Of a DNA stretch of 64,000 nt, positions 34,776-44,750 are shown piece by piece. This DNA is from Phycisphaeraceae bacterium. Lineage in GTDB: Bacteria; Planctomycetota; Phycisphaerae; Phycisphaerales; Phycisphaeraceae. Under the pieces are notes generated by a model that was given only the letters and a program-made list of their open reading frames with translations, did not search any database and was not told the origin of the DNA. The translations under genes and the position numbers were made by a program. Position 1 is the stretch's first letter, and each line of letters starts with the position of its first letter. The stretch lies in assembly GCA_963674705.1 (NCBI GenBank), contig OY771506.1, positions 2,464,001 to 2,528,000 of the forward strand. The letters run 5' to 3'.

Positions 34776-35037
34776 TAGCCGCAAATGAACGCGAATCGAC
34801 GCGAATAAAAAATCAGAATTTAATGTGCAGCAACTTTATGTCACCGAAGTATGGATGATGAATCTTCCTGACCAGCCACTATCAATAAATGGAAATCGGC
34901 CGGAGTCTTCAATGATGAGTTCCAAACTTAGTATTTAGGCTAAATACTATGTTCCAATCCTCAGTACACATGATCCGTTTGCATCTATCCGAATCAATTT
35001 GCATCTATTCGCGTTTATTAGCGTACATTTGCGGCTA
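34776..35037. repeat. 10-bp-periodic inverted-repeat element, family A, copy 2, with ~190-bp AT-rich interior
   Basis: TAGCCGCAAATGAACGCGAATCGACGCGAAT ... ATTCGCGTTTATTAGCGTACATTTGCGGCTA. Confidence 0.85.
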
Positions 35038-35089
35038 ATTCACCTTCCCCCGAATTCAGGCCTCCCCCGGCATACCCGATGAACAGGTT

Positions 35090-35926
35090 GTGAGCGCAAC
35101 GACCGGTCGTATTGTGATCTTATCGGACACGCACCTTGGCAAGCCCCGAGGTGGTGCGGGGTCTGCACTGGCGTTGCGTCCACTGTGGCAGGGAGCCGAT
35201 CGGCTGATCATCAATGGTGATGTCGCCGAGATCCATGATGCCACCTTACGCACCGAGGCCGCGCGACAGGTCATGCAGATCGAACAGATGTGCGAAGCCG
35301 ACGGCGTTGAACTGACGCTGATCTCAGGCAATCACGATCCGCTGTTGACCGACCTGCGAAGTGTCGAACTGAACAATGGTGAGGTTTACCTGACCCACGG
35401 AGACGCTCTGCATCCCGCGATCTCGCCTTGGACCGATCACCGTGACCGCTTGCGCTTTTTAAATCAGCGTACGCACGATGCACTCTCTCCAAGAGAGGCA
35501 GGCTCGACTGAAGGTCATCTTGCCGCGGCGCAGTATGCCTCACACTTTACCTGGGATGAGATGGCCAAAGATCACCATCAACCCTTAAGCCGTTGGCAGT
35601 GGATGATGCAGAAGGCGATGCAGGTCATGCGCGTGATATGGTATTGGCAAACCTTGCCGCGAGCCGCTTCACGTTTTGCCAAGCAGCACGCGCCGGACTC
35701 ACGGTTCTTCGTATTTGGTCATATTCATCGCACCGGTATCTGGCGAAAAGCTGGACGCGTCGTAATCAATACCGGTGCTTACGGCTTCCCGTTCCGGCCC
35801 CGCGCAGTTGTGATCGAGAATGGTGAACTTGCCGTTTGGCCGGTCATCGGCCCGGATGAAGAGGGCACATTCCACTTCGGTCGCAAACCGATATCAAGTT
35901 TTACACTACAACGTGATGCAGCCTGA
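35090..35926 (+). CDS. Calcineurin-like metallophosphoesterase
   Basis: SDTHLG, NGD, GNHD, THGD, GHIH and NTG motifs. Confidence 0.9.
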   Translation: MSATTGRIVILSDTHLGKPRGGAGSALALRPLWQGADRLIINGDVAEIHDATLRTEAARQVMQIEQMCEADGVELTLISGNHDPLLTDLRSVELNNGEVYLTHGDALHPAISPWTDHRDRLRFLNQRTHDALSPREAGSTEGHLAAAQYASHFTWDEMAKDHHQPLSRWQWMMQKAMQVMRVIWYWQTLPRAASRFAKQHAPDSRFFVFGHIHRTGIWRKAGRVVINTGAYGFPFRPRAVVIENGELAVWPVIGPDEEGTFHFGRKPISSFTLQRDAA

Positions 35927-35931
35927 ATAGG

Positions 35932-38259
35932 TCAGGCTGCGGCCGATTTGGTAAAGTCCCGTGTCAGCAGTGGCCGCGTATTATTCGCGCTGACCGGTTC
36001 GCTGAACAGATAGCCCTGGCCGTACTGACAACTCAAACCCTGCAATAGCGCTAATTGGTTTGCTGTCTCGACGCCCTCGGCGATCACCGCCATGTCCAGG
36101 TTCTTCGCCAGTTCGATCACCGAATGCAGGATCGCGCCGTAGTAGCGTTCCTTGCGGCCGACGCTGTTGATGAAACTGCGATCGATCTTCAACACATCGA
36201 TCGGGAACTTATGCAGGCATGTCAGCGAAGAATGGCCGGTCCCGAAGTCGTCCATCGCCAGGCCAACACCCAGCTCTTTCAGTTCACCCAACACTTCGGC
36301 CATATGTTCCAGATCGTCCATCACCATCGATTCGGTGATCTCAAGGCGCAATTGTCCCGGCTTGATCTTTGTCTCCAGCATGATGGCGTTGACATGCCCG
36401 ACCAATCCCGGATCGCGTAATTGTGTGCGCGACACGTTCACATTGATGAATTCAGGCGCATAGTCCGGGCATTCTTCGCATAGCTTCACATAATCCATGC
36501 ATGCCTGCCGCATGATCCATCGGCCCATCTTCCCCATCAGACCAAGCTCTTCCGCGATATCGATGAAATCGCCGGGCGATATCTCTCCACGCCGCGGATG
36601 TGGCCAGCGGATCAGCGCCTCCAGCCCATGCAATCGACCCGTCATCAGGCACACGATCGGTTCATACACCACCTCGAACGCTTCGGTTTCCACCGCGACA
36701 CGCAGTTCATTCTCCAGCGTCAGGCGGTTCACGATGCTCTTATGCATGTGTTCATCGAACACGACGTAACGCGCTTTGCCTGCGCCTTTCGCCTGGTACA
36801 TCGCCGTATCCGCGTCACGCAGGATATCATCTGGTTTGGTATAGCGAGGATCACTGACCACGATCCCGATGCTTGCGGTTGATGTCACTTCGTGACCCAT
36901 GATCTGGTACGGTTCTTTGAATGCATCAAGCAAACGCTGCGCAACAATCGCTGCCGAATGCTCATCACGCACACCGTCCAGTAATACCACAAACTCGTCG
37001 CCCCCTAAGCGCGAAGGCAGGTGCCCGTTACCTAGGCGGGCCATGGTGTCCAGTTTACGCAGGTTTTCATGCAGACGATTCGTGATATTCAAAAGCAGTT
37101 GATCGCCTGCTTCGTGCCCGAGGCTGTCATTGATGATCTTGAACCGGTCGAAGTCCAGAAACAGCACTGCAAACTTATATCCCTCTACCCGCTCCGCACG
37201 ATGCAGTGCCTGGATCAGATGTTCGGTCAAAAGCTTACGGTTCGGCAGCCCCGTCAGGGCATCGTGGTACGCCGCGTGTCGAAGTTTTTCTTCACTCCTG
37301 CGTTGTTCGCTGATATCGTCGAACGTGATGGACAAACCATCGCCGAGTTTCACTGCTGTGTAGCGATACCAGCGCTTGTCATGCTCGAGCTTCTGAGTGT
37401 CTTCACACGGCAAGCCCGTCTCGACGACAGAAACTGCCTTGTCGAACAACCCTTCCGAGCCGAGGCATGGCAGTGTTTCTTTAAGGCGCTGCCCGACTAA
37501 TTCTTCCGTGCTTCGACCGAGTAGATGTTCCGAGGCCGGGTTGGCCGTCTGGATCAGGAAGTCCGTGATCTTGTCCATCCCGTCACGGATCGCCTGAAGG
37601 ATGAGCACGCCACCAAGTGCGCTTTCAAGGATGCTGTCCAGGATCAACGTTGAATCCCGCCTGTCCGTATTCCCGATATTCAAACGTTGAGCATGACTGA
37701 CACGCGTCTCAATCCCGGGCCGCTTCATCAATCGGATCAACGCGAAGACCAGCACGCCGACACCCATGAGCATCACGGGTTCGCTGATATAGTCCAGCCA
37801 CGGCCGGATACTTGCCGGCGGATGGAGCAGGTCCCACCAACCCAGTTGCGTACCAACATGCAGCAGCATACCGAGCAGGCATAATGACAACCCCGTAAAT
37901 AGCGGGCCGATCCCGGAGGATGTGGGTGTGATCTTTTCCCCCTTTTTGGGTATACGCGTGCAAGCGCCTTGCCGAAGCAGACGCTTGGCAGCCGAAAGTG
38001 GCAGATCGACGAATTGCAGGCCCACCAGGTAAGCCCGGAATCCGATCCGCCGACACCAGACGATACGACATTTGACCCCCAGTTGATCCTGGTCCCCGAG
38101 GTCAAAAACAACTTCTATCTGACCTTTGAGTCGCCGCTTCGTGAAGATGCGTACGCCCCCGGCTGACAAGTCAATCACCGTACCCGCGCTGCATGCAATC
38201 CCGGGGCCTTTTAGGCGGCCGTAACGCCTGTTCTCAATGCCACTACGGGATTGGTTCAT
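35932..38259 (-). CDS. PilZ-2TM-PAS-GGDEF-EAL c-di-GMP signalling protein
   Basis: RRYGR...DLSAGG (PilZ), two TMs, PAS-like region, GGDEF, EAL and DDFGTG. Start taken at MNQSR. Confidence 0.92.
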   Translation of the reverse strand: MNQSRSGIENRRYGRLKGPGIACSAGTVIDLSAGGVRIFTKRRLKGQIEVVFDLGDQDQLGVKCRIVWCRRIGFRAYLVGLQFVDLPLSAAKRLLRQGACTRIPKKGEKITPTSSGIGPLFTGLSLCLLGMLLHVGTQLGWWDLLHPPASIRPWLDYISEPVMLMGVGVLVFALIRLMKRPGIETRVSHAQRLNIGNTDRRDSTLILDSILESALGGVLILQAIRDGMDKITDFLIQTANPASEHLLGRSTEELVGQRLKETLPCLGSEGLFDKAVSVVETGLPCEDTQKLEHDKRWYRYTAVKLGDGLSITFDDISEQRRSEEKLRHAAYHDALTGLPNRKLLTEHLIQALHRAERVEGYKFAVLFLDFDRFKIINDSLGHEAGDQLLLNITNRLHENLRKLDTMARLGNGHLPSRLGGDEFVVLLDGVRDEHSAAIVAQRLLDAFKEPYQIMGHEVTSTASIGIVVSDPRYTKPDDILRDADTAMYQAKGAGKARYVVFDEHMHKSIVNRLTLENELRVAVETEAFEVVYEPIVCLMTGRLHGLEALIRWPHPRRGEISPGDFIDIAEELGLMGKMGRWIMRQACMDYVKLCEECPDYAPEFINVNVSRTQLRDPGLVGHVNAIMLETKIKPGQLRLEITESMVMDDLEHMAEVLGELKELGVGLAMDDFGTGHSSLTCLHKFPIDVLKIDRSFINSVGRKERYYGAILHSVIELAKNLDMAVIAEGVETANQLALLQGLSCQYGQGYLFSEPVSANNTRPLLTRDFTKSAAA

Positions 38260-38403
38260 GCTTGATTTATACCTGTGCGATCGCAAGGGTTTGCTCTTGG
38301 CTCATCGACACGCGGTAAGCATGACTTAATCCGTTTTCTCATAGGCACGTGGGAGAAATATATTGTTTATCACCCGGCCCAATATCCGGCAGTCGTGATA
38401 CAG

Positions 38404-39510
38404 TTATCGGTCTCGTAAAGCAAAGCGATAATCATGACCTCGGCGACGCCGATCCACCTCGACCGGTAACTGTTCTCGACGCCGGCACGATGCCCGGCAG
38501 GCATTGAGCAACATGAAACCAAGAATCAATACAAAGCCCCCGGCCATGAGTGCCAATAACGGCTCGGTCACGTCCGCAGGTGCGCCGCCGCTGATCAGTT
38601 TCATTGCTTCCACGAATGCAGCCATCAACGCCACCGCCAGCATCACCAGGCTCAGCGCAACACGTGTCCTGCCACGCATCAACATCAGCATCAGCATGCC
38701 GCCAAGCAGGCAGTACACGATCAGCGATCGGCCAAGCAAGACCGCCGCCACATCGTACGACCGTGCGAACTGCTCACGGAAGGGCACCAGTTGCAGCACG
38801 CGCTCGCTTTCGCCCCCGTGTACGCTCAAGTAATACCAGCCGCCGATAAGAACCGCGTTGATCAGCGCCACCAGGAACATCAGTGCCGGCCGATACCTCG
38901 GCTCGCTCATGCACTGATTCATCGCGATCCGCTGCTTCGCCGACTTGCGGTAGAACAGGAACGCCGCCGCACGCCAGACGCTGTTGATCTTGTGCCCCAG
39001 CAGGACGCCAACGATCCCGCCGAGGCTGTTGGCGATAATGTCCTGGATGGCCGCAACGCGACCGGGGATCAGGCTCTGCGTCGCCTCGATCATCCAACTG
39101 ATCGCAACGACCGATAACCCGGCGGTAATGATCTGCACGATATGCCTGCCGGTCACACGAGACATCGTCAGACGCAGCAACACGCCCAACGGACCATACA
39201 GCAGCAGATTCAACACCAGGTCGCTGGCCCAGTTCGGTACGCCATACGATGACACTTCGTATTTGACTTGTACCCACTGCGGGCTGCTCAGCCACGCAAG
39301 TACAGCCGGCCAAACGCCCCCGGCCTTATCCGTCAGGCCCGAGATATCCAAGCCCCACGGCAAGAGCGACCCGTACACCACCAGCGCGAGCCAGAATAGC
39401 GCCAGCATCGGCGCGCGCATCCAGCCCGGCCGTTGCCACAACGGCGGGAGGGGGGATGGGTCTACCTCCTGCGGATGGTGCTTGGTTTGGCTGAACATGC
39501 ACTGCTCCAT
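38404..39510 (-). CDS. VanZ-family membrane protein (duplicated VanZ-like halves)
   Basis: NLLLYGPLG, IEATQSLIPGR and DIIANSLG. Confidence 0.8.
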   Translation of the reverse strand: MEQCMFSQTKHHPQEVDPSPLPPLWQRPGWMRAPMLALFWLALVVYGSLLPWGLDISGLTDKAGGVWPAVLAWLSSPQWVQVKYEVSSYGVPNWASDLVLNLLLYGPLGVLLRLTMSRVTGRHIVQIITAGLSVVAISWMIEATQSLIPGRVAAIQDIIANSLGGIVGVLLGHKINSVWRAAAFLFYRKSAKQRIAMNQCMSEPRYRPALMFLVALINAVLIGGWYYLSVHGGESERVLQLVPFREQFARSYDVAAVLLGRSLIVYCLLGGMLMLMLMRGRTRVALSLVMLAVALMAAFVEAMKLISGGAPADVTEPLLALMAGGFVLILGFMLLNACRASCRRREQLPVEVDRRRRGHDYRFALRDR

Positions 39511-39639
39511 GGGGTCCGCTAGAACTCTATGATACCTTCACGCATGACACACGCCGGTTAGCGATTTGTCCTTGTCTCTCGCAATACCCGAGCCGGTACA
39601 ATCGCTGCGATTGACACAAACGTTCAGCGAGTCGAACCC

Positions 39640-39960
39640 ATGGCCGATCAAAATCCAATCCGTGCCGCCCTGGAGCCATCCAACGACGCAGTGCTGCTGC
39701 GGATCAAGGTGGTCCCCGGCGCCAGCCGCGACCGCGTCGTTGGCATGCTGGGAGATCGCCTGAAGGTGTCTGTTTCCGCCGCGCAGGAGGGGGGCAAGGC
39801 CAACAAGGCCGTCTGCAAACTCCTGGCAAAAGCCCTGAACATAGCGCCGCGTGATGTCAGCGTCAGCGCCGGTCAAACTCAGCCGATCAAGACGATCCAC
39901 ATCGTCGGCATTGACCTTGGCGCCGTCTCCCAACGTCTCGCCCAAGCCTGCTGCGGTTAA
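39640..39960 (+). CDS. DUF167/YggU family protein
   Basis: IKVVPGASR, GKANKAVCKLLA and GQTQPIK. Confidence 0.85.
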   Translation: MADQNPIRAALEPSNDAVLLRIKVVPGASRDRVVGMLGDRLKVSVSAAQEGGKANKAVCKLLAKALNIAPRDVSVSAGQTQPIKTIHIVGIDLGAVSQRLAQACCG

Positions 39961-40000
39961 GGTTGCTAGGCCGCTTCAGACCCGTCATGATGGGGGTGAT

Positions 40001-40948
40001 ATGACCACCGCTCTTATTTATGACGACCGCTTTCTGAATCATAAGACCGGCCGTGGACACCCCGAAAGACCTGACCGACTCCGGGCCATCATGGAGGGGC
40101 TGAACGTCGCCGGGCTTATGAGCAAGCTCCGCCGGCCCGACTTCAATCCGGCTGACTTGGAGATCATCCACCGTCTGCACGAACCCAGCTACGTCGAGCA
40201 CTGTTTCGATGAGTGCCGCCGCCGGGCCGAGTTCATTGACACGCCGGACTCGGCTGTTTGCCCTGAAAGCGCCAATATTGCCCAGCTTGCTGTCGGAGGC
40301 GTCATCGAGGCCGTCGACCTGGTGATGGCAGGCAAGATCAACAACGCCTTCTGCGCCGTCCGCCCGCCCGGTCATCACGCCGAGGCTGCCGAATCCATGG
40401 GTTTTTGCCTGTTCGGCAACATCGCCATCGCCGCGGATTATCTCATTCAACATCACGGCCTGGACCGCGTCGCCATCGTTGACTTCGATGTCCATCACAG
40501 CAACGGCACGCAGCATATGCTGGAGTACCGCTCCGACATCCTCGTCGTCAGCATGCACCAGGAGCCGCTGACGCTCTTCCCGCACACCGGCTACATCAAC
40601 GAGACCGGCAAAGGCGAAGGCAAGGGCTTCACGCTCAACTGCCCGTTTGCGCCCGGTTGCGGGGATAGCGAGTACATGGAGGTCTTCGATTCATTGATCG
40701 TACCCAAGATCAATGAGTTCAAGCCGCAGTTCCTGCTTGTCTCCGCCGGCTTTGATGCTGCTGTTGAGGATCAACTCGCTGATATGAACCTGACGACTGC
40801 CTGCTTTGAGTGGATGTCACGCCGACTTGTCGACCTGGCGAAACAGCATTGCCAAGGCAAGATCGTCTCGGTTTTGGAAGGTGGCTACGCACTCGACGCC
40901 TTGTCCCGTGGTGTCGTCGCACACGTCAACACCCTGCTGAATCCGTAA
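40001..40948 (+). CDS. Histone deacetylase family protein
   Basis: HPERPDRL, RPPGHHA, GFCLF, DFDVHHSNGT, SAGFD and LEGGY. Confidence 0.93.
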   Translation: MTTALIYDDRFLNHKTGRGHPERPDRLRAIMEGLNVAGLMSKLRRPDFNPADLEIIHRLHEPSYVEHCFDECRRRAEFIDTPDSAVCPESANIAQLAVGGVIEAVDLVMAGKINNAFCAVRPPGHHAEAAESMGFCLFGNIAIAADYLIQHHGLDRVAIVDFDVHHSNGTQHMLEYRSDILVVSMHQEPLTLFPHTGYINETGKGEGKGFTLNCPFAPGCGDSEYMEVFDSLIVPKINEFKPQFLLVSAGFDAAVEDQLADMNLTTACFEWMSRRLVDLAKQHCQGKIVSVLEGGYALDALSRGVVAHVNTLLNP

Positions 40949-41019
40949 AGCGTATTACCGGGCTGGAAACTCTCATAATCGATTCAACACGAGGGAAAGA
41001 ATTGCCCTACAATCGGACG

Positions 41020-41469
41020 ATGCAGGAAGTGGAGAGCGAAAAAGTATGGTACGCGGACGGCCTGAGCTTCGAATGCACGCAATGCGGCAACTGTTGCACG
41101 GGTCCGCCCGGATTCGTCTGGTTCGATGAGCAGGAGGGCGAGGCCATGGCCGAGTACCTCAACCTCTCAGTCGATGAATTCCACGAAAAATACTGCAAGA
41201 AGAAGCAGGGCAAATGGTCGCTGGACGAGGTCTCTACCCGAAACGGCTTTGACTGTGTTTTCCTGCGTCGTGATCCGGAAGGAAAATCCCTTTGTTCGGT
41301 CTATCCGGTCAGGCCCACCCAGTGCCGTACCTGGCCCTTCTGGCCGGAGAACCTCAAGACACAACGCCACTGGGCCCGCGCCGCCAGGAACTGCCCCGGC
41401 ATGCAAAAAGGCGGAACCTTCTACCCCGTCGAACAGGTCCGCATCATCCTGAACCAGAACAAGGGCTGA
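41020..41469 (+). CDS. YkgJ family cysteine-cluster (CxxCxxCC) protein
   Basis: FECTQCGNCC, DCVFL and CSVYPVRPTQCRTWPFW. Confidence 0.9.
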   Translation: MQEVESEKVWYADGLSFECTQCGNCCTGPPGFVWFDEQEGEAMAEYLNLSVDEFHEKYCKKKQGKWSLDEVSTRNGFDCVFLRRDPEGKSLCSVYPVRPTQCRTWPFWPENLKTQRHWARAARNCPGMQKGGTFYPVEQVRIILNQNKG

Positions 41470-41492
41470 GACCGAACAGTATCGTTGTGCTA

Positions 41493-41530
41493 ACTCCCTC
41501 TCCCCCTGGCAGAGGGCCGGGGTGAGAGCC
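41493..41530. repeat. GC-rich REP-like element, family C, copy 2
   Basis: ACTCCCTCTCCCCCTGGCAGAGGGCCGGGGTGAGAGCC. Confidence 0.85.
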
Positions 41531-41556
41531 GTCTTTCCTTGAATGTTGAGCTTCAC

Positions 41557-42057
41557 ATGCCATCCGACGCCCATCTCTGGCAAACCTGGCAAGATGCCGC
41601 GGCGAATGAGCATGTAATCACCACGCTCAACCATCTGCTCGAACACATCGACCAGCAAGTCGCATTGTCCGGTTTCACCTGTCAACAGAGCGGCCGATGC
41701 TGCAAGTTTGAATCCTTCGGCCACCGGCTCTACATGTCCGGCCTCGAGATCGCCGCGTTCAAACTCCGGGCCGGGAATCCGGTTAAAGCTTCACAAACAG
41801 AAAGCATCCCGCTGCCCCAGTTCGATCCCAAACAGGATGGCTGCCCGTACCAGATCGACGGCCTGTGCAGCGTGCATCAGGTCCGTCCGTTCGCCTGCCG
41901 CGTGTTCTTCTGTCAGGAAGGCTCCGACGACTGGCAGTCACAGCAATACGAAGCCTTTCAAGAGAAGATCAAGAAGCTGCACGAAGAATACAGCATCCCA
42001 TACCGCTACCTGGAATGGCGGCAGGGCCTCGCCGACGCCAACAACCACGGCCTCTAA
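41557..42057 (+). CDS. Second YkgJ-like cysteine-cluster protein
   Basis: CQQSGRCC, GCPYQ and CSVHQVRPFACRVFFC. Start ATG 41557 or TTG 41539. Confidence 0.85.
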   Translation: MPSDAHLWQTWQDAAANEHVITTLNHLLEHIDQQVALSGFTCQQSGRCCKFESFGHRLYMSGLEIAAFKLRAGNPVKASQTESIPLPQFDPKQDGCPYQIDGLCSVHQVRPFACRVFFCQEGSDDWQSQQYEAFQEKIKKLHEEYSIPYRYLEWRQGLADANNHGL

Positions 42058-42100
42058 AAAGCTGCCCGTGGCTTAGCGCTCTTGTTTTTCATTTGTTCCT

Positions 42101-42751
42101 TCACGCCCCATCTATCACTCGAAGTAATCCCATCGGCTCGTGAATCACAGCGTCCGCGCCGTTCTCATGCAGCGCCGATTCCGGGCGGAACCCCCACGTC
42201 ACACCCACGCTCAGCATCCCTGCCGCTTTGCCTGTGGCCATGTCCTCACCCGAATCCCCCACGAACACACACTGCTGCGGCTCGACGCCCATCAACTTGC
42301 AGATATCAATCGCCGCGGTCGGATCTGGCTTCAAGGGTACACCATCACGTTGGCCGAATACATGCTCAAACGGCCAGCGATTAAAGATTTGGCTCGACAG
42401 CTCCATTGTTGCCGGGTGTGGTTTATTACTAAGGATCGCCAGCCGCAATTCTCGTTCGACAAGCCCATCCAATAACTCGGGTATATCCGGGTACGGCCCC
42501 GTGTGATCGAACTTGTGATCGTTGTAATACGTCAGGAACAGCTTCAACGCTTCATCCAGGCCTGCACCTTCAAGGCCGGTCAGGCGGTTCAGCAGGACCC
42601 GCGCCCCGTTGCCCACCATTTTCTTACATTCGGGAACGGTGATCGGTTTTTTATCGTGCAATGTAACGACATGATTGCAGGCGCAGGTCAGGTCTTCCAG
42701 AGTATCCAGCAGGGTGCCGTCAAGATCGAAAAGGATAGCTTGGTACTTCAT
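42101..42751 (-). CDS. HAD-family hydrolase (phosphoglycolate phosphatase-like)
   Basis: FDLDGTLLD, SNK, KPDP, VGDS and GVTWGFR. Confidence 0.9.
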   Translation of the reverse strand: MKYQAILFDLDGTLLDTLEDLTCACNHVVTLHDKKPITVPECKKMVGNGARVLLNRLTGLEGAGLDEALKLFLTYYNDHKFDHTGPYPDIPELLDGLVERELRLAILSNKPHPATMELSSQIFNRWPFEHVFGQRDGVPLKPDPTAAIDICKLMGVEPQQCVFVGDSGEDMATGKAAGMLSVGVTWGFRPESALHENGADAVIHEPMGLLRVIDGA

Positions 42752-42862
42752 ATCCCCGAGTGTAGCGAACATGATAAATCGATGCTTTTTTAAGCCTTTG
42801 GCGTTGCGGGTTCTTGCTATAGCGTTTATTGTTTAACGTTGGCTTGTCGAAGGATTTGGCGG

Positions 42863-43387
42863 ATGCGAACGAAAAACCCACACCCTGAACTGGACCCCGA
42901 AGTACGTGAGACGGTGGGCCAGGCGATGGGCCGGCTTCCCTCAGGTATCTTTGTCTTAACGGCGGCCTGTGGCGAGAAGCGGACCGGCATCATCGTCAGC
43001 TTCGTCCAGCAGGCCTGTATCAACCCGCCCATGGTCACTGTCGCCATCCGCAAGGGCCGGCCGATCATGCCCCTGATCAGTGAATCCCGGCAATTCGCCC
43101 TTTGCCAGCTTGCAGAAGACGATCGGCTGATGCTCCGTAAGTTTGCCAAGTTTAACAACGCCGCCGTCACCGAAGACCCGTTCCTCGGCTACGAACTGTT
43201 CGAAGGCACGCTCCCCAACCTGCCCATCCTCGCCAACACGCTTGCCTATCTGGAATGCGTCCTCGTCACCCATATGGATATCGAGGGCGATCACGACCTC
43301 TTTGTCGGCGCTGTCCGTGGCGGCGCCCTGCGGCAGAGCAGTACCCAGCCGCACATCCGCCTGCGGGATAATGGGCATGATTATTAA
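42863..43387 (+). CDS. Flavin reductase-like protein
   Basis: GRLPSGIFVLT, SFVQQACINPP and GDHDLFVG. Confidence 0.88.
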   Translation: MRTKNPHPELDPEVRETVGQAMGRLPSGIFVLTAACGEKRTGIIVSFVQQACINPPMVTVAIRKGRPIMPLISESRQFALCQLAEDDRLMLRKFAKFNNAAVTEDPFLGYELFEGTLPNLPILANTLAYLECVLVTHMDIEGDHDLFVGAVRGGALRQSSTQPHIRLRDNGHDY

Positions 43388-43401
43388 GTGGAGTATCGTG
43401 C

Positions 43402-43866
43402 GTGTCTGTTTCTGATCTGCAAGTACGTCTTGTCCCCATGCTCGCTTCGGACCTTGCTCGTGTTGCCGAGATGAATCAGCACCTGCAGGAAGATGAGGGC
43501 ACGGACATTATGACGATCGAACAGATCGAAGCGAGACTGCATCGCTGGATCGATTCCGGCTGGTACGGCGTTGTCCTGATCAAAAACGAAAAAGATGTCG
43601 TCGGTTATATCCTCTACGCTACCGAACCGCTTGAAAGCACTTCCATCTACATCCGCCAGCTTTTCATTGAGCGGGATCACCGCCGTAAAGGTTTCGGCGC
43701 CGCTGCCGTACAAGCCTTTGCCCGGGATCACATCGAACCGGGCCGGCCGATCGAGATCGATGTGCTGACGGTGAACGAATCGGGCCGGGCGTTCTGGGAA
43801 GCGATCGGCTTTCTGCCCTGCCATACACGGATGCGGCTGGACCGGGTAAACTCTGCGGATGGCTGA
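43402..43866 (+). CDS. GNAT family N-acetyltransferase
   Basis: RQLFIERDHRRKGFG and N..GRAFWEAIGF. Confidence 0.82.
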   Translation: MSVSDLQVRLVPMLASDLARVAEMNQHLQEDEGTDIMTIEQIEARLHRWIDSGWYGVVLIKNEKDVVGYILYATEPLESTSIYIRQLFIERDHRRKGFGAAAVQAFARDHIEPGRPIEIDVLTVNESGRAFWEAIGFLPCHTRMRLDRVNSADG

Positions 43867-44647
43867 AGCCGAGGCAAAACCCGCCAACATCAAACGCTAC
43901 AAGCTGCTGATCGCTTACGACGGCTCCGCGTTTCACGGCTGGCAGAAACAGGAACCGCCGGACGCACCGCCGCTGCGCACCGTGCAGGGCGTCGTCCACG
44001 ACACCATCGTCCGCGTTTTGCGTCAGCCTATCTCGCTCATCGGTGCGAGCCGAACCGATGCGGGCGTCCACGCACGTGGCCAGGTCGCACACTTCGACGC
44101 CGACTCACCCGTCCCCCTCGAGCGTATGGCCCTGGCGATCAACAGCCGACTGCCCGACGATGTCGAAATCCGCAGCGTGGAAGAGGTCTCGCCCGACTTC
44201 GACGCCATCCAGCACGCAGTCACCAAGCAGTACACTTACACGATCCACAACTCCGACCATCGCCCGCTCGCGCTGCGGCACATCGTCTACCACTGCTGGT
44301 ACGACCTGGATGTCGACCGCATGAACGCCGCAGCCGCACGCCTCGTCGGCGAGCACGACTTCGAAGGCTTCAGCGCCGCAGGTCATGGCCGCGAGTCCAC
44401 CGTCCGCACCATCCACCGCTGCGATGTTTCGCGCAGCGGCGAGCAGGTCATCATCACCGTCGAAGGCAGCGGCTTCCTCTGGAACATGGTCCGCATCATC
44501 GCCGGCACTTTGGTGGAAGTAGGGCGAGGCTTGTTTGAGCACGAGCGTATCGACGAGATACTCGAAACCACAGACCGCCAGAAAGCCGGCCCAACCCTGC
44601 CACCGAACGGCTTGTGCCTGGAGTGGATTAAACATCGGAATTTATGA
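43859..44647 (+). CDS. truA: tRNA pseudouridine(38-40) synthase
   Basis: IAYDGSAFHGWQKQ, SRTDAGVHARGQ, GFLWNMVRII and GLCL. Confidence 0.96.
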   Translation: MAEAEAKPANIKRYKLLIAYDGSAFHGWQKQEPPDAPPLRTVQGVVHDTIVRVLRQPISLIGASRTDAGVHARGQVAHFDADSPVPLERMALAINSRLPDDVEIRSVEEVSPDFDAIQHAVTKQYTYTIHNSDHRPLALRHIVYHCWYDLDVDRMNAAAARLVGEHDFEGFSAAGHGRESTVRTIHRCDVSRSGEQVIITVEGSGFLWNMVRIIAGTLVEVGRGLFEHERIDEILETTDRQKAGPTLPPNGLCLEWIKHRNL

Positions 44648-44744
44648 TTTAGGATTTATGATTTATGATCTACTTTACGAAAAACGTGATCAATGCGAGT
44701 AAATGTCCACAATATCATCAATCATAAATCACAAATCATAAATT
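44639..44744. repeat. 7-bp-periodic inverted-repeat element, family B, copy 2
   Basis: AATTTATGATTTAGGATTTATGATTTATGAT ... ATCATCAATCATAAATCACAAATCATAAATT. The left arm contains the truA stop codon. Confidence 0.85.
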
Positions 44745-44750
44745 CTTCCC

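Noticed and set aside
34810..34990. Remnant gene (e.g. GxxExxY-like) inside the long family A element
   Set aside because: Only ORFs of about 30 codons or fewer in the frames I read, and no recognisable motif.
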